63,303 bases of DNA, filler included, from Theionarchaea archaeon (GCA_018992565.1; 6 parts of 6 records of this genome joined end to end with filler, not necessarily neighbours in it), one strand, 5' to 3'; positions 27,658 to 38,105 are shown, counted from the whole stretch's first letter. Notes: a model not told the origin generated them from the letters alone. Translations and numbers: made by a program.

Positions 27658-29424
27658 TCAGTCATGAAAGAACAGGGTCTTGAGGAATTCAAGTTCAAAC
27701 ACAGATATCCTGACCAGGCTGGAAAGGTGAGATCCTATGTGGCCTTCCTCTTCCAAGACCTTTAACTCCACAGGTAGATGCAATTGAGTTGCTCTTTCAT
27801 GGAATTTCTGGATGAGTTCCAGAGGGCAGCGGGAGTCATTTTCACCAGCCAATATCAGGACAGGCCTTTTCAGCTTTTCTATATGGTTAATGGGGGATCG
27901 TTCCCTGTAAAGATCTCTTTTTTCTTCTGGAGTTCCCCCCAGCAAGTAAATCATCAAAGCCCTGTAGTGGGCATCGACCATTTCGTAGGTTTCCAGGAGA
28001 TCGACCCAGGGGACAAGAGCCACTCCGCCAGCCCATTTCTCAGGCTGAGTAGCCAAGGCCTGCAACGTCAGGTATCCACCATAGCTTCCACCCGCAATGG
28101 CAGGGTTCCCCTCCACTCCAAGTAACTCGCGTGCGTATTTTGCACCATATAACACATCTTTGATGTCTCCTCCCCCAATGTCCCCAATATTTCGATTCTT
28201 GAAGGCAGAACCAAAGGTAGTGCTGCCCCTGAAGTTAGGAGCAAAGACGTGGTAGCCCGCCTTTACAAGTGCTTGCAGTTCAGGGTCCCATATATTCAAC
28301 GTTGCGAAATTCGGTCCTCCATGGCAGTAAACTACCAGTGGTGCTTTCTCCTTTTTGCTTTTCACCAGCCACCCTTGAACCAGGTTGTCATCAAATGAAT
28401 GATACCAGTGAGATTCACCGGAGCTGTAGCCACTGGCATGTGATCGGACTAGGGCAGTAGCCCTTCCCTTCTTGAAAAACTGGATAGCAGGGGGATCAGA
28501 CAGGCTGCTCCCTACCCACACAACACCTTCTCCACCCTGTGTAGAGCCAATGACTGACATCTTGGTCAGGGGATCAGAACACACCTTCTTCTCAATATCC
28601 AACAACCGAGGAGACAACTCAGCGTCAATGCCCGGGGCCACAAACAGAGTGGTTTTATCCAACCACTCCAGGATGCCTCTGCCAGGCAAGACTTGAATAT
28701 CACCACGAAAAAAGACCCGACTGACTACTTCCTGAGTGTCCACGCGCCGCACAACGATCTCAGATTCACCTTTAACATCAGTTACGTAAGCATAATATCC
28801 TTTCTCAGGAAATATCCTTGGGAACGTGTCCTCAGATGTGTCAGATTCAGAAATCCAGACAATATTCCTTTTTCTGATGTTCATCAAAGCTATCCTGCTG
28901 CCTGGTCCTCTCCCCACGGCCGCTACCACCAGTTCTCTGCTGTCATCATAATCTGCGACCATGATCTGTGCATCAGTAGTATACAGGTTGGATCGAGTTC
29001 CATCCCTCTGCAGCAGCGAGATGAAGTATTCCTGGTCATTACATCCAATCACCAGCCATTCGTCATCTGAAACCCAGAATAGCTCTGTCAGCCGGCCGAT
29101 ACCCTCTTCTGTTGCCCTATCCATCTCATGCGTTTCGTAATCCACTACATACACAGTAAAGTCTTCATTCCCTTTCTCATCTCTGCCGAAAACAACCCAG
29201 GGGTTCACATGGTGGAGGGCACATAACCCTGTCACAGGATTATTGTCAGGCAGAACTGGCAAGCATTCACCTTTATCCCACAGGTATAGCATCGGCACCC
29301 CTGACCTCGTATCTGTGAAAAGGAATTCAGTACGAGTTCTCGTCCCTGCAACATTTGAGATACGGGGAACAGACCACAGAGATTCTACCATATTGTAATA
29401 TTCGCTATCTTCCACAGATTTCAT
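27658..29424 (-). CDS. S9 family (acylaminoacyl/prolyl oligo-) peptidase
   Basis: Beta-propeller N-terminus, HGGP, NFRGS, GGSYGG (catalytic Ser), GENDSRC, EEGH. Confidence 0.92.
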   Translation of the reverse strand: MKSVEDSEYYNMVESLWSVPRISNVAGTRTRTEFLFTDTRSGVPMLYLWDKGECLPVLPDNNPVTGLCALHHVNPWVVFGRDEKGNEDFTVYVVDYETHEMDRATEEGIGRLTELFWVSDDEWLVIGCNDQEYFISLLQRDGTRSNLYTTDAQIMVADYDDSRELVVAAVGRGPGSRIALMNIRKRNIVWISESDTSEDTFPRIFPEKGYYAYVTDVKGESEIVVRRVDTQEVVSRVFFRGDIQVLPGRGILEWLDKTTLFVAPGIDAELSPRLLDIEKKVCSDPLTKMSVIGSTQGGEGVVWVGSSLSDPPAIQFFKKGRATALVRSHASGYSSGESHWYHSFDDNLVQGWLVKSKKEKAPLVVYCHGGPNFATLNIWDPELQALVKAGYHVFAPNFRGSTTFGSAFKNRNIGDIGGGDIKDVLYGAKYARELLGVEGNPAIAGGSYGGYLTLQALATQPEKWAGGVALVPWVDLLETYEMVDAHYRALMIYLLGGTPEEKRDLYRERSPINHIEKLKRPVLILAGENDSRCPLELIQKFHERATQLHLPVELKVLEEEGHIGSHLSSLVRISVFELEFLKTLFFHD

Positions 29425-29572
29425 ATTATAGATATATTTTCCAACTTCTTAAGACTATGCATTATCTCATCTCGCATTGAGATCAAAAGGTTCTTATCAG
29501 TACTCCATGAACCCTGGTTAACCCCATCGCGTTCTATTTACCCACCGCAAATCGAACACGTCTGAAGTAACC

Positions 29573-29605
29573 TTTATATAGTCCATATTTGAACTGTTCA
29601 GATAT
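29573..29605 (+). promoter_or_regulatory. TATA box plus inverted-repeat operator in front of PadR gene
   Basis: TTTATATA at 29573-29580, then ATATTTGAAC-T-GTTCAGATAT (29585-29605, 9/10 symmetric) overlapping the start codon. Confidence 0.6.
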
Positions 29606-30068
29606 GACCCTTTTGGACAGAGCGTCTGTAGGGAAAGAACACAAATTCCTGGAATTCTTCACACTGAGGGTTCTGTCACAGACTCCAAGTGCAGGATACG
29701 ATCTCATAAAAAAAGTCGAGGAAAAGACTGATGGGAGGTGGGTGCCATCCAAGGGGATGGTGTATCCTTTGCTGGACAGGATGGAACAAAAGGGATTGAT
29801 CAAAGTCCAGGAAATTGGAGAACGCTCCAAGAAGCTCTACACCATCACTGAGAAAGGGGAGAGGGAGTTGGAACACATAGAAGAACATCACAAAGAGATT
29901 AATGAACGCTTCAATATCTTCCGGAAGCTGTTTCTTGAAACCCTCTTTCCTTCAGAGGAAGCTGAATTGGCTGAGCTCTTTCTTGCACTGAGGAAGAAAG
30001 TGATGGAAGCACCAGATAAGGAAAGGGCAAAAGAATCATTACAGAAGTTCATGGAGGAATTTTCATGA
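29604..30068 (+). CDS. PadR family transcriptional regulator
   Basis: GYDLIKKVEEKTDGRWVPSKGMVYPLLDRMEQKGLI...KKLYTITEKG. Confidence 0.92.
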   Translation: MTLLDRASVGKEHKFLEFFTLRVLSQTPSAGYDLIKKVEEKTDGRWVPSKGMVYPLLDRMEQKGLIKVQEIGERSKKLYTITEKGERELEHIEEHHKEINERFNIFRKLFLETLFPSEEAELAELFLALRKKVMEAPDKERAKESLQKFMEEFS

Positions 30069-31033
30069 TCGAAACTACTGACTTGTGCAAACATTTTGAT
30101 GGGACAAAAGCAGTAGACGGTGTCACTTTCTCAGTGGATAAGGGCGAGATATTTGGATTTCTTGGGCCCAATGGAGCTGGAAAGACCACCACCATCAACA
30201 TTTTGTGCACATTATTGACTCCTACATCTGGGGAGGCCCGGGTGAATGGATATGATGTCAGCAAGAATCCCAATGAGGTGAGAAAATCCATTGGATTAAT
30301 ATTCCAGGAACCATCTCTGGATGATCGGCTGACTGCAGAGGAGAACCTTGATTTCCATGGTATGATCTATGATGTACCCAAGGGAATCAGGAAAGAAAGA
30401 AAGAAAGAACTGCTTGACATGGTGGACCTGTGGGACAGGAGGAAAGATGTGGTGAAAACATATTCGGGAGGTATGAAGCGTCGGTTAGAGATTGCACGAG
30501 GACTGCTTCACCACCCCAAGATCCTCTTCCTGGATGAGCCCACTCTGGGTCTTGATCCCCAAACAAGGAGCCATATCTGGAGATATATTAATAAACTGAG
30601 GGAAGAGCAGGGTATCACTATTTTCATGACCACTCACTACATGGATGAAGCAGAAAATTGCGATCGTATCGCTATCATTGACTACGGGAAGGTTGTTGCT
30701 CTGGATACTCCAGATAATCTAAAAAGATTTGTCGGAGGAGATGTTATTACTATTAAAACTACTGATGATGAGAAGGCGGAAAAGGAAATAGGTGAACAGT
30801 ACAACCTGCACGTCAGGAGAGATGCAGGCGGCATTCACCTGGAGATTGAGAATAGTGAAGAATTCATTCCGCAGTTCATTTCATCCTTTTCTACCAAGAT
30901 CAACTCAATTCATCTGAGGAGGCCAACTCTGGATGATGTTTTCTTGAAGTTGACCGGGCATGAGATCAGGACAGAGGAAGCTTCTGTCAGAGACAGGATG
31001 AAAGCTGGAATGAGGATGAGAGGTGGGCATTAA
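30065..31033 (+). CDS. ABC exporter ATP-binding protein (DrrA-like)
   Basis: GPNGAGKTT, YSGGMKRRLE, LFLDEPT. Confidence 0.95.
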   Translation: MIETTDLCKHFDGTKAVDGVTFSVDKGEIFGFLGPNGAGKTTTINILCTLLTPTSGEARVNGYDVSKNPNEVRKSIGLIFQEPSLDDRLTAEENLDFHGMIYDVPKGIRKERKKELLDMVDLWDRRKDVVKTYSGGMKRRLEIARGLLHHPKILFLDEPTLGLDPQTRSHIWRYINKLREEQGITIFMTTHYMDEAENCDRIAIIDYGKVVALDTPDNLKRFVGGDVITIKTTDDEKAEKEIGEQYNLHVRRDAGGIHLEIENSEEFIPQFISSFSTKINSIHLRRPTLDDVFLKLTGHEIRTEEASVRDRMKAGMRMRGGH

Positions 31034-31779
31034 TGTTCTGGAAAGCTGTTTACGTGATTTGTCTCCGGGACATCCGTCGGTTCTTCAGGGAAAAATCCCA
31101 GGTAATCGGATCGATTGCGCGGCCTGCGCTGTGGCTGGCAATTATGGGAACGGGATTTAACACAGTCTTTTCTTCATCTGGATCGGATAATTATGCTCAA
31201 TTTCTGTTTCCGGGAATTATTGGCATGACTGTGCTATTTACCAGTGTGTTTTCTGCAGTTTCAGTGATATGGGACCGCCAGTTCGGATTCCTGCGGGAGA
31301 TGCTCGTTGCTCCCGTCTCTCGAACCTCTATTGCTGTAGGGAAGACCCTGTCCGGATGTTTCCAGTCTTTGATACAAGGCTCAATAATCATGGTGCTGTC
31401 CTTCATCGTGGATGTGCATTTAAGCCCCCTCATTATCGTACAGGTGCTGGCAATCATCCTCCTGGCATCCTTTGCCTTGACTTCCATGGGATTATTGATA
31501 GCATCCCGGATGCCGTCATTTGAAGGGTTCAATCTCATCATGAATTTCCTTGTCATGCCCATGTTTCTCATGAGCGGTGCTTTCTTTCCCATTTCGGGCC
31601 TGCCAGCCTGGATGAAGTCCATAGTGACAATCAATCCATTGAGCTATGGAGTGGATGCACTGCGAGGTGTTATCCTGGGCTTCCATGAACATGCACTCAC
31701 CACCGATATCCTTTTTATGGCTGGGTTCGCAATTATCATGACAGCTGTTGCAGTGACAGCCTTCAACAAGGCGGAATAG
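31033..31779 (+). CDS. ABC-2 type permease
   Basis: DRQFGFLREMLVAPVSR, SGAFFP, NPLSYGVDALR. Confidence 0.93.
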   Translation: MFWKAVYVICLRDIRRFFREKSQVIGSIARPALWLAIMGTGFNTVFSSSGSDNYAQFLFPGIIGMTVLFTSVFSAVSVIWDRQFGFLREMLVAPVSRTSIAVGKTLSGCFQSLIQGSIIMVLSFIVDVHLSPLIIVQVLAIILLASFALTSMGLLIASRMPSFEGFNLIMNFLVMPMFLMSGAFFPISGLPAWMKSIVTINPLSYGVDALRGVILGFHEHALTTDILFMAGFAIIMTAVAVTAFNKAE

Positions 31780-31888
31780 GAAGTGGTATCATACGTAGTC
31801 CTCTCCTTCAGGTTAAGAAACCATTTCAGATGGTGGGACCAGAGAATATGGATGGCTGCACTGCTGCTGGTAAGCTGGCAGGAGGTAC

Positions 31889-32578
31889 ATGATGTTAGCT
31901 GTGAAGACTGAAAACCTTGAAATGCAGTTTACCATGGGTGACACAGTGGTCAACGCTCTGCGGGGAGTAACCCTAACCATGGACGAGGGTGAATTCATTT
32001 CTATTGTTGGCACCAGTGGTTCCGGGAAGTCCACTCTGTTGAACCTGGTGGGAGGGTTGATGAAACCCAGCGGAGGCAAGGTATTCGTAAAGGGGGAAGA
32101 TCTATCCGTCATGAACGAGAACAACCTTGCTCTATTCAGGAGAAAGTATATTGGATTCGTGTTCCAGTCTTTTAACCTGGTCAGCACTCTGACTGCTGTG
32201 GAGAATGTGGAGCTCCCATTGATATTCAGCAATTCATCTGCATCTGAGAGGGAAAAAAAAGTGACAGCTCTCCTCACTGAACTTGGGTTGGAGGACAGAC
32301 TGCACCACAAACCTACGGAATTGTCAGGAGGGCAGCAGCAGCGAGTATCCATAGCCAGAGCCATCATCAACAACCCTGAAATTATCCTTGCTGATGAACC
32401 TACAGGCAACCTGGATTCAAAGACCTCTCAGGAGATAATGGACGTCCTCTATGCACTCAATAGAAAGGGCCAGACCTTCCTGGTAGTCACCCATGATATG
32501 AATGTGGCCCACTACGGCAATCGGATTATCTACCTGACTGATGGGCAGGTCACGAGAATTGAAGAGGTTAGAACGTGA
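31889..32578 (+). CDS. ABC transporter ATP-binding protein (LolD/MacB-like)
   Basis: [29 protein letters not shown]. Confidence 0.95.
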   Translation: MMLAVKTENLEMQFTMGDTVVNALRGVTLTMDEGEFISIVGTSGSGKSTLLNLVGGLMKPSGGKVFVKGEDLSVMNENNLALFRRKYIGFVFQSFNLVSTLTAVENVELPLIFSNSSASEREKKVTALLTELGLEDRLHHKPTELSGGQQQRVSIARAIINNPEIILADEPTGNLDSKTSQEIMDVLYALNRKGQTFLVVTHDMNVAHYGNRIIYLTDGQVTRIEEVRT

Positions 32579-33152
32579 AGACACTGTGGCCGGGTATCGT
32601 CCTTGTGCTCTTGCTTNNNNNNNNNNNNNNNNNNNNNNNNNNNNNNNNNNNNNNNNNNNNTTAATTAATTAANNNNNNNNNNNNNNNNNNNNNNNNNNNN
32701 NNNNNNNNNNNNNNNNATCAGACACTGGAAATAAGAAATTTCCACCTCTTTGACTCGGTAGACTGCCATATCAAAGACGCTGTAGTCACAGAATTACAGC
32801 GATTTCTGGAATACCTGGGGGGGCAGCATATTGAAGCCAAAAATGGACCAGAGTGGCTTCAGCCAGGATGTTGACTCTCCCTCTTTCTGGAGTCACGTGT
32901 ACTGTGATCCTGATCCTCTGGGTATAGACCTCAATCCAGGCCACGTGTCTCAGGGTTGTACCATATCCTTCCAAAGGCGTTGCATCACGACGCAGTTCTT
33001 CTACAGAAAAAGAATATAAGGATGAGAACGAAACTATAATGAGAACACGATGGAATGAGTGAAAAACGAATATTCCAGACCGCAACTGAGCAATGTATGC
33101 CAGATAGAGGAACATACAGCCGTATGCGTGAACACCTGACGGAGGGAAGAGA

Positions 33153-33842
33153 ATGAATCAACAATCCCTGGTGAGACAGATATTTGCCTCCACAGGAAGA
33201 TCATACGATCGTATGGTGAAGGTTACCACACTGTGGCAGGACAACATGTGGAAGAAAAGAATCCTTACAATAGCAGAACAGACTACTCCACAGACCATTC
33301 TGGATTTAGCATGCGGTACAGGGATACTGACCTTCGCACTGGCAGAAAGATTTCCTGAGAGCACGGTGGTGGGTATAGATCTTCAGCAGGAATACCTCCA
33401 GTATGCCAGAGCCAAGCAAAGGAAGAAGGATGTGAAGAATGTCAAATTCCTGCAAAAGAATGCTGAAGATGTCAGTGAAGGCCACTATGATCTCATAACT
33501 GCAAGCTATCTTCCCAAGTACATAACTATAGACGTAGTGATCAGCAACTGCTCCAGAATCCTCACTCCTCAGGGGCTGCTGATATTCCATGACTTTATAT
33601 ACCCAGAAAAGGCTGCCTTCAGGTTCTTCTACAACGTGTACTGGGTCTTCCTCAAAGCACTTCTGGGAATGTCTGATCCATGGAAAGGGATGAGCAGAGA
33701 ACTGAAGCACATAATCGTTGAAACAACCTGGGTGAATGATATGAAAGATGCACTTGAACTATATGGATTCACCAACATACAGGTAGAACCACAGCCATTG
33801 GAGGTGGCAGCTATCGTGTATGCTGTGAAGTGCAATTCATAA
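33153..33842 (+). CDS. UbiE/MenG-like SAM-dependent methyltransferase
   Basis: IFASTGRSYDRM, ILDLACGTG. Confidence 0.8.
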   Translation: MNQQSLVRQIFASTGRSYDRMVKVTTLWQDNMWKKRILTIAEQTTPQTILDLACGTGILTFALAERFPESTVVGIDLQQEYLQYARAKQRKKDVKNVKFLQKNAEDVSEGHYDLITASYLPKYITIDVVISNCSRILTPQGLLIFHDFIYPEKAAFRFFYNVYWVFLKALLGMSDPWKGMSRELKHIIVETTWVNDMKDALELYGFTNIQVEPQPLEVAAIVYAVKCNS

Positions 33843-33895
33843 GGATACCTCAATGTTTTTATAGGACTGCAGGAAGTACCTGCATGGACGCCAGG

Positions 33896-35002
33896 ATGAA
33901 AAGAGTAGTTGCTGCAACATTCATGGGACATTTTGTGGACGATGGACTCGTTCTCATGCTCCCTTTGCTTATTCCATACATAGCGCATGATTTCAATCTC
34001 TCATATACGCAAATAGGGATTTTTGGAGGTTCTCTGGTGTTGACTCTCGGATTTGGCCAGATCCTTGCTGGATATGTGTCTGATTTCTCCAAAGTGAAGT
34101 GGCCCTTCATATCTTTTGGTCTAGCTGTCCTATCTTTGAGCCTTTTTGCCATGTCATTCTGCTCATCGTACAACTGCCTCATTTTGTTGAATCTTCTGGC
34201 CGGATTCGGAGCGAGCTTCTATCATCCCTGCGGCATTGCCCTCCTGGTAAAATCCATGAAAGAAAAGATAAGGGGGAAGATCCTGGGTGTCCATGGCGTG
34301 GGTGGAGGCATAGGAATACTCATGTATCCTGTATGTGCGGGAATAATCCTGAACACGTGGGGATGGCACGAGGTACTCTTCATTTTGCCATTGACAGGGC
34401 TGGTGTCTGCAGTACTCTTTTTCTTTGTGAAGGAAGAACCCTCCTCTCATAGAGGAAGAAAGCAATTCCCCTTAATACAGAAAGAATCAATACTCATGTG
34501 TATTCTCTTTGGGTGTTTTGCCATGTTCTTCAGGGGGTTTGTGACATTTCTGCCTGTCCAGTTGGAGGAGATAGGATTTTCCACATCATCTGTGACAGGT
34601 GCTATCACGCTTTTCTATGCGACAGGGATCATTGCAGAACTCCTGGCCGGCATTCTAACTGACATGTACAGCAGGAAGAAGATAATATGTGTGTCAATGC
34701 TGGCAGCTTCTGTTCTGGTACTGGTGCTCTTCCATTCTGTGTGGGTATTTCTTGTTCCTCTGGGATTCGTCCTGTATGTCGTGTGGGTTCCAGCCACTGC
34801 TTCCTATGTCGAAGGAATACCTGAAGCATGGTATGGGACTGCACTGGGGCTGGTCCAGGGACTGGGTGGACTGATGGCTGCCTCAAGCCCTGTTATCATG
34901 GGAGTCATAGCAGAACGGAACGGAGTCCCTGCATCATTCTTTTTACTCGTCGCTATTGGTGTGGTGGGTGCAATTGTTGCCCTGAAGTTGAAGAGTGACT
35001 GA
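33896..35002 (+). CDS. MFS transporter (Fsr-like)
   Basis: ~12 hydrophobic helices, GHFVDD, GASFYHP, GILTDMYSRK. Confidence 0.88.
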   Translation: MKRVVAATFMGHFVDDGLVLMLPLLIPYIAHDFNLSYTQIGIFGGSLVLTLGFGQILAGYVSDFSKVKWPFISFGLAVLSLSLFAMSFCSSYNCLILLNLLAGFGASFYHPCGIALLVKSMKEKIRGKILGVHGVGGGIGILMYPVCAGIILNTWGWHEVLFILPLTGLVSAVLFFFVKEEPSSHRGRKQFPLIQKESILMCILFGCFAMFFRGFVTFLPVQLEEIGFSTSSVTGAITLFYATGIIAELLAGILTDMYSRKKIICVSMLAASVLVLVLFHSVWVFLVPLGFVLYVVWVPATASYVEGIPEAWYGTALGLVQGLGGLMAASSPVIMGVIAERNGVPASFFLLVAIGVVGAIVALKLKSD

Positions 35003-35077
35003 CCATTGGATTTTCACGTAGGGCTCTGAAACCATATACTCATGAGAAGGGAGATCTACGAGGGAGAAGCCGTATAG

Positions 35078-36373
35078 CTACATGCTGTTGGTGACAAACC
35101 GTTTGAGATTCTCTTCCAACATCTTGTAAAACCCTGATTTTCTGCATACGTACCCATGAGTTGTTCCCTGCGTCTCGTACACCTCAGCAGGGCACCCGCC
35201 CCTGCAGACAGGCACTATTCGACATTTCCTGCACTCATCCAGCATCACGGGATCACGGGACATGAAATCAACGTTAACATAATTGAAAACAGCTCTCCCC
35301 TCATCATTGACAACCCCAACAGCATTTTTCTCATACGGGGGGAGAATCGCACACTTGAACAGCCTCAGGTGCGGATCTATGGTAAAATAGGAAGCCCTCT
35401 GCGCGGAACACGCTCCCTGAGGAGTAGGTCTTTCAGGTTCCTCTGCTCTGAATCCCATCTTCCGAGCAACAGCATACAATTCATTCACAATGCCCAGCCC
35501 TTCCACGTCAGGCATGCAATACCCATAGGACATGCAGGCAGGAGAGGTATTGAACACAGGCTTGATGGAGATTATTACTTTGTCCAGTCCTCCTCCCTTC
35601 AATTCTTCGAACAGTGCCACAATGTCATTCTTGTTGCCTTCGTCCACGTTGATTCGTATCATGGTCCCCAGGTCATTGTCTCTGATCCGGTAGAGCCCTT
35701 CCATGATGTCTCTGAAGGTGCCCTTCCCATTCTTGTACACTCGTCTCTGATCATGGACTTTCTCTGGACCGTCCACTGTCACCAGAAAACTGCATCCATA
35801 CTGGCCCAGGGTTTCAACATTCTCCTCACTGCACAACGTGCCATTTGTGATGGCATTCACGGAAAAATCAAGTCCACCCTCTTCACACCACCTACTCAGA
35901 TCTCCGACGATTCCTTCATTTATGGGCATGTTCAGCAAAGGCTCTCCTCCAAATAATTCAATGCCGAGTGCTTTGCTGTTATAGCTGTCCGTGAGATCCT
36001 TGATGAACTGAATAGCCCGGTTACTTGTCTTTTCATCCATAACTTTGTGTTCAAGTTCACCTTTCCCTTCATAACAGTAAACACAGGAGAGGTTGCAGGC
36101 GTACGTGGTAATAACATGGAGACTGGTTGAGAGAGCATTGTATTTAGATCCATTATACGTCATGCTGTACATGTCCTGCTCATTGAGGTTGTCCTCCACA
36201 ATAATTCCGCTCTTCTTGAACCCATCTTCAAGGTCTCCAAGAGCCTCCAGGTTGCCAGTTTCCAGCACGGTTTTGACCTCCTCATCCACCACAAAGATGG
36301 CTCCTCTCAGGGAGTTGAAGAGGATGTACATAGTTTTAAAGGGGAAGAAGCAATTATAGTAGGATGGTTTCAT
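35078..36373 (-). CDS. Radical SAM/SPASM peptide maturase-like protein 2
   Basis: MKPSYYN...ILFNSL N-terminal RRE-like domain, CNLSCVYC, FGGEPL, SPASM CSA...LFKC and CRKCRIVPVCRGGC...C. Overlaps the upstream gene's 3' end. Confidence 0.88.
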   Translation of the reverse strand: MKPSYYNCFFPFKTMYILFNSLRGAIFVVDEEVKTVLETGNLEALGDLEDGFKKSGIIVEDNLNEQDMYSMTYNGSKYNALSTSLHVITTYACNLSCVYCYEGKGELEHKVMDEKTSNRAIQFIKDLTDSYNSKALGIELFGGEPLLNMPINEGIVGDLSRWCEEGGLDFSVNAITNGTLCSEENVETLGQYGCSFLVTVDGPEKVHDQRRVYKNGKGTFRDIMEGLYRIRDNDLGTMIRINVDEGNKNDIVALFEELKGGGLDKVIISIKPVFNTSPACMSYGYCMPDVEGLGIVNELYAVARKMGFRAEEPERPTPQGACSAQRASYFTIDPHLRLFKCAILPPYEKNAVGVVNDEGRAVFNYVNVDFMSRDPVMLDECRKCRIVPVCRGGCPAEVYETQGTTHGYVCRKSGFYKMLEENLKRFVTNSM

Positions 36374-37682
36374 AGGAACACCCCTCAAAGAGCTCCGGGT
36401 ATCTCAACATGATGAAGGTCCTTACGATTTCTCCCAGCTCTTCATCCTTGCACCCAGGCGAGAGCAAGGAGCCGTTCTTAGAATATGCTGCCAGTGCACA
36501 CCCACCTCCACAGATAGGCGAGAATTTGCATTCTCTGCATTCTTTAATATGCAACGGGTCTCTGAGAGTCCAGGCACAGTATGATTCATAGTTCATGTTT
36601 GTAAGGTTCCCTTCTGCATCCAGGGTACCGATTCTATGTTCCTGGTAGTTGGGAGCTGCAATGCATTTGTACACATCTCCGTGAGGATCAATGGCCAGAA
36701 AGCCATCAATGAGAGCGCTGCACCCTTCTACGAAATTGTGTATGTAGATGGGATTGGTTTTAAATCCCATGTCATGGGCCAGCTTCGACAACCTGGCCAG
36801 AGATGCAGGATCAATTTCTGAGCTCTCCCTCTCTATTTCTGTATAGCAAATATCCTTTCCTATGGGGCAAAATCCCATGTATGTCCCTTCAAATCCTCTC
36901 TTCTTGAGATCCTCCAGCAGAGACGTAATGGTGTCGTAATTATCCAGATCGACATCAACTCGTATATGGAATTTTACATCATTCTCCCGAAAGAGAGAGA
37001 TAACATCCATCAATCTCTCGTAGGTGCCCCTCCCCTTCTTGTCTACCCGTATCGTGTCATGGACAGCTCTGGGCCCGCACAGAGTTATCTGAACTTCGTA
37101 GTTGTAATCCTTCAATCTGTCGACAATCTCCTGGGTGAATAGGGTTCCATTGGAGGTGAAGGTAGTCGAGAACTGCATCTCATGTTCGTCGGCAAAGGCT
37201 TTCACCTCTTTGAGCACCTGGAATATCACTTCTGGATACAGGAGTGGCTCTCCACCGTAGAAATTTATTCCCAGAGATCTTCGCCCTCCTGCACTCTTCT
37301 TGATGAATTCAACAGTCTTTCTTATAACATCCTGTGACATGGTCTCGCTCAACACGTCTCCATGTCCCTGGTAGCAGTACGTGCAGGCCAGGTTGCAGAC
37401 ATGGGTGGGGATAATAGTAAATCCAATGGATGATGTACTGAATTTGATCCTGCAGAACATGATCTTGAGAATGTCCAGCTCGTTGAGGTTGTTGTCCACC
37501 ACAATATTTCCCTTCGTGAGGACATCAAGGACATCCTGGTCAATCTTATCAATTTGATTGTCTTTTATGAGGTTATATACCTCATCATCTATCTGGACAA
37601 TAGATCTTTTCATGGTATTAAACACAAGGCCTTTTTTCTCCTTTTCATCCAGGAGATATACATTATATGCAGATTCTTTCAT
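36354..37682 (-). CDS. Radical SAM/SPASM peptide maturase-like protein 1
   Basis: MKESAYN...LVFNTM N-terminal RRE-like domain, CNLACTYC, YGGEPL, CSA...GDVYKC and CRECKFSPICGGGC...C. SD GGAGGTGG at 37687-37694. Confidence 0.88.
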   Translation of the reverse strand: MKESAYNVYLLDEKEKKGLVFNTMKRSIVQIDDEVYNLIKDNQIDKIDQDVLDVLTKGNIVVDNNLNELDILKIMFCRIKFSTSSIGFTIIPTHVCNLACTYCYQGHGDVLSETMSQDVIRKTVEFIKKSAGGRRSLGINFYGGEPLLYPEVIFQVLKEVKAFADEHEMQFSTTFTSNGTLFTQEIVDRLKDYNYEVQITLCGPRAVHDTIRVDKKGRGTYERLMDVISLFRENDVKFHIRVDVDLDNYDTITSLLEDLKKRGFEGTYMGFCPIGKDICYTEIERESSEIDPASLARLSKLAHDMGFKTNPIYIHNFVEGCSALIDGFLAIDPHGDVYKCIAAPNYQEHRIGTLDAEGNLTNMNYESYCAWTLRDPLHIKECRECKFSPICGGGCALAAYSKNGSLLSPGCKDEELGEIVRTFIMLRYPELFEGCSYETILL

Positions 37683-37928
37683 AGTTCCACCTCCTTTTTA
37701 GGCATTGCAGGTCAGTTGTTCCTGAGATGAACCTGTATTGCACCTTTGGTCTTGTACGCTGGGCTATGTAAGACTGTATCAGGTTTTTTTCACATTGACT
37801 ATATAAATCCTCCTCTTCCAGACTATCGTGATGGGTTCTTATTTCTGTGTGTTTCCCTCGATCATTCCGTCACAGACAGCTCACATCTTTTGAAAAAAAA
37901 TGAAAAGAAAAAAACATGCCATGTAGAG

Positions 37929-38081
37929 CTACATCCACGGGAAGTTCCCCAGATAACAGTGCAAGTAGGGGACTTTTCCTGTCCTGCATTCCCCAGGTTC
38001 TGCAGGGGAGTATCCATTTCTACAATTTCCCAGGATTCCTCCAGAACTATCCACCTCTTCACTTATGAGCTTGGCATACAC
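37929..38081 (-). CDS. Putative RiPP precursor (50 aa): MYAKLISEEVDSSGGILGNCRNGYSPAEPGECRTGKVPYLHCYLGNFPWM
   Basis: SD GAGGAGGTGA 5 nt before GTG 38081, three CxxGxxP motifs, T-rich terminator (~37892-37914). Lies directly upstream of two rSAM/SPASM genes on the same strand. Confidence 0.85.
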   Translation of the reverse strand: MYAKLISEEVDSSGGILGNCRNGYSPAEPGECRTGKVPYLHCYLGNFPWM

Positions 38082-38105
38082 TATTGTCACCTCCTCACTG
38101 GTTTA

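Noticed and set aside
37862..38062. ORF-track 66-aa ORF (MKRWIVLEE...) as the precursor peptide
   Set aside because: It runs through the T-rich terminator (FFFSFFF) and has no properly spaced SD. The alternative frame 37929-38081 has the SD and the repeated CxxGxxP motif.
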